Assembly (NCBI GenBank): GCA_046861395.1
Contig: JBHHUC010000016.1
Location: forward strand, 1 to 38,262
From: Fidelibacterota bacterium
Lineage (GTDB): Bacteria; Fidelibacterota; Marinisomatia; Marinisomatales; JABMOV01
Length of the DNA: 38,262 nucleotides
Direction: 5' to 3'
In this document: positions 38,168 to 38,262 of the stretch, in pieces
How the letters are laid out: each line of letters begins with the position of its first letter
Position numbering within the stretch: position 1 is the first letter of the stretch
Translations under genes and position numbers: made by a program
Notes under the pieces: generated by a model
What the model was told of the DNA's origin: nothing
What the model saw: only the letters and a program-made list of their open reading frames with translations
Databases searched by the model: none

Positions 38168-38262
38168 TGAAATCCTTACTTTCCTTCGTTTAAATCAGAA
38201 CCTAAAATTACCGGGCACCATACCACGCCACCAATGAAAAATGATGGTTTAATACTAACTTA

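Noticed and set aside
1..38262. CRISPR arrays, IS elements, integrases, prophage, rRNA or tRNA genes
   Set aside because: No regularly spaced repeats, transposase/integrase/phage motifs or RNA gene signatures were seen by eye.

Overview
A gene-dense bacterial window of roughly balanced GC with no rRNA, tRNA, CRISPR array or mobile element that I can support. T9SS-type sorting domains, a PorV/PorQ-family barrel, SusD-less TonB receptor architecture and an archaeal/eukaryote-type ProRS suggest an FCB-superphylum organism outside core Bacteroidota (Marinimicrobia/KSB1/Calditrichota-like); this is inference. Left: peptide ABC importer (binding protein plus two permeases), glutamate-cysteine ligase, DUF819 transporter, Smr protein, gamma-glutamyl hydrolase, aldo/keto reductase, DUF2892, and a transglutaminase-like/ABC-exporter operon. 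Centre (13.8-24.1 kb): a four-gene operon encoding a TonB-dependent receptor, a large protein with a variant T9SS C-terminal domain, a PorV/PorQ-like barrel and a second T9SS cargo protein. This is the best candidate for an undescribed surface capture/uptake system. Right: PPIase, M23 peptidase, a catalytically degenerate AroQ homologue, Wzi-like barrel, GT2, mgtE, CPBP protease, another T9SS cargo, rhomboid, a permuted papain-like protein, recO and proS. Also notable: a recurring TAAWTT -10-like box just upstream of several SD-less start codons, and a hairpin-rich 600-bp intergenic region. All family calls are from motif recognition by eye; no searches were run.
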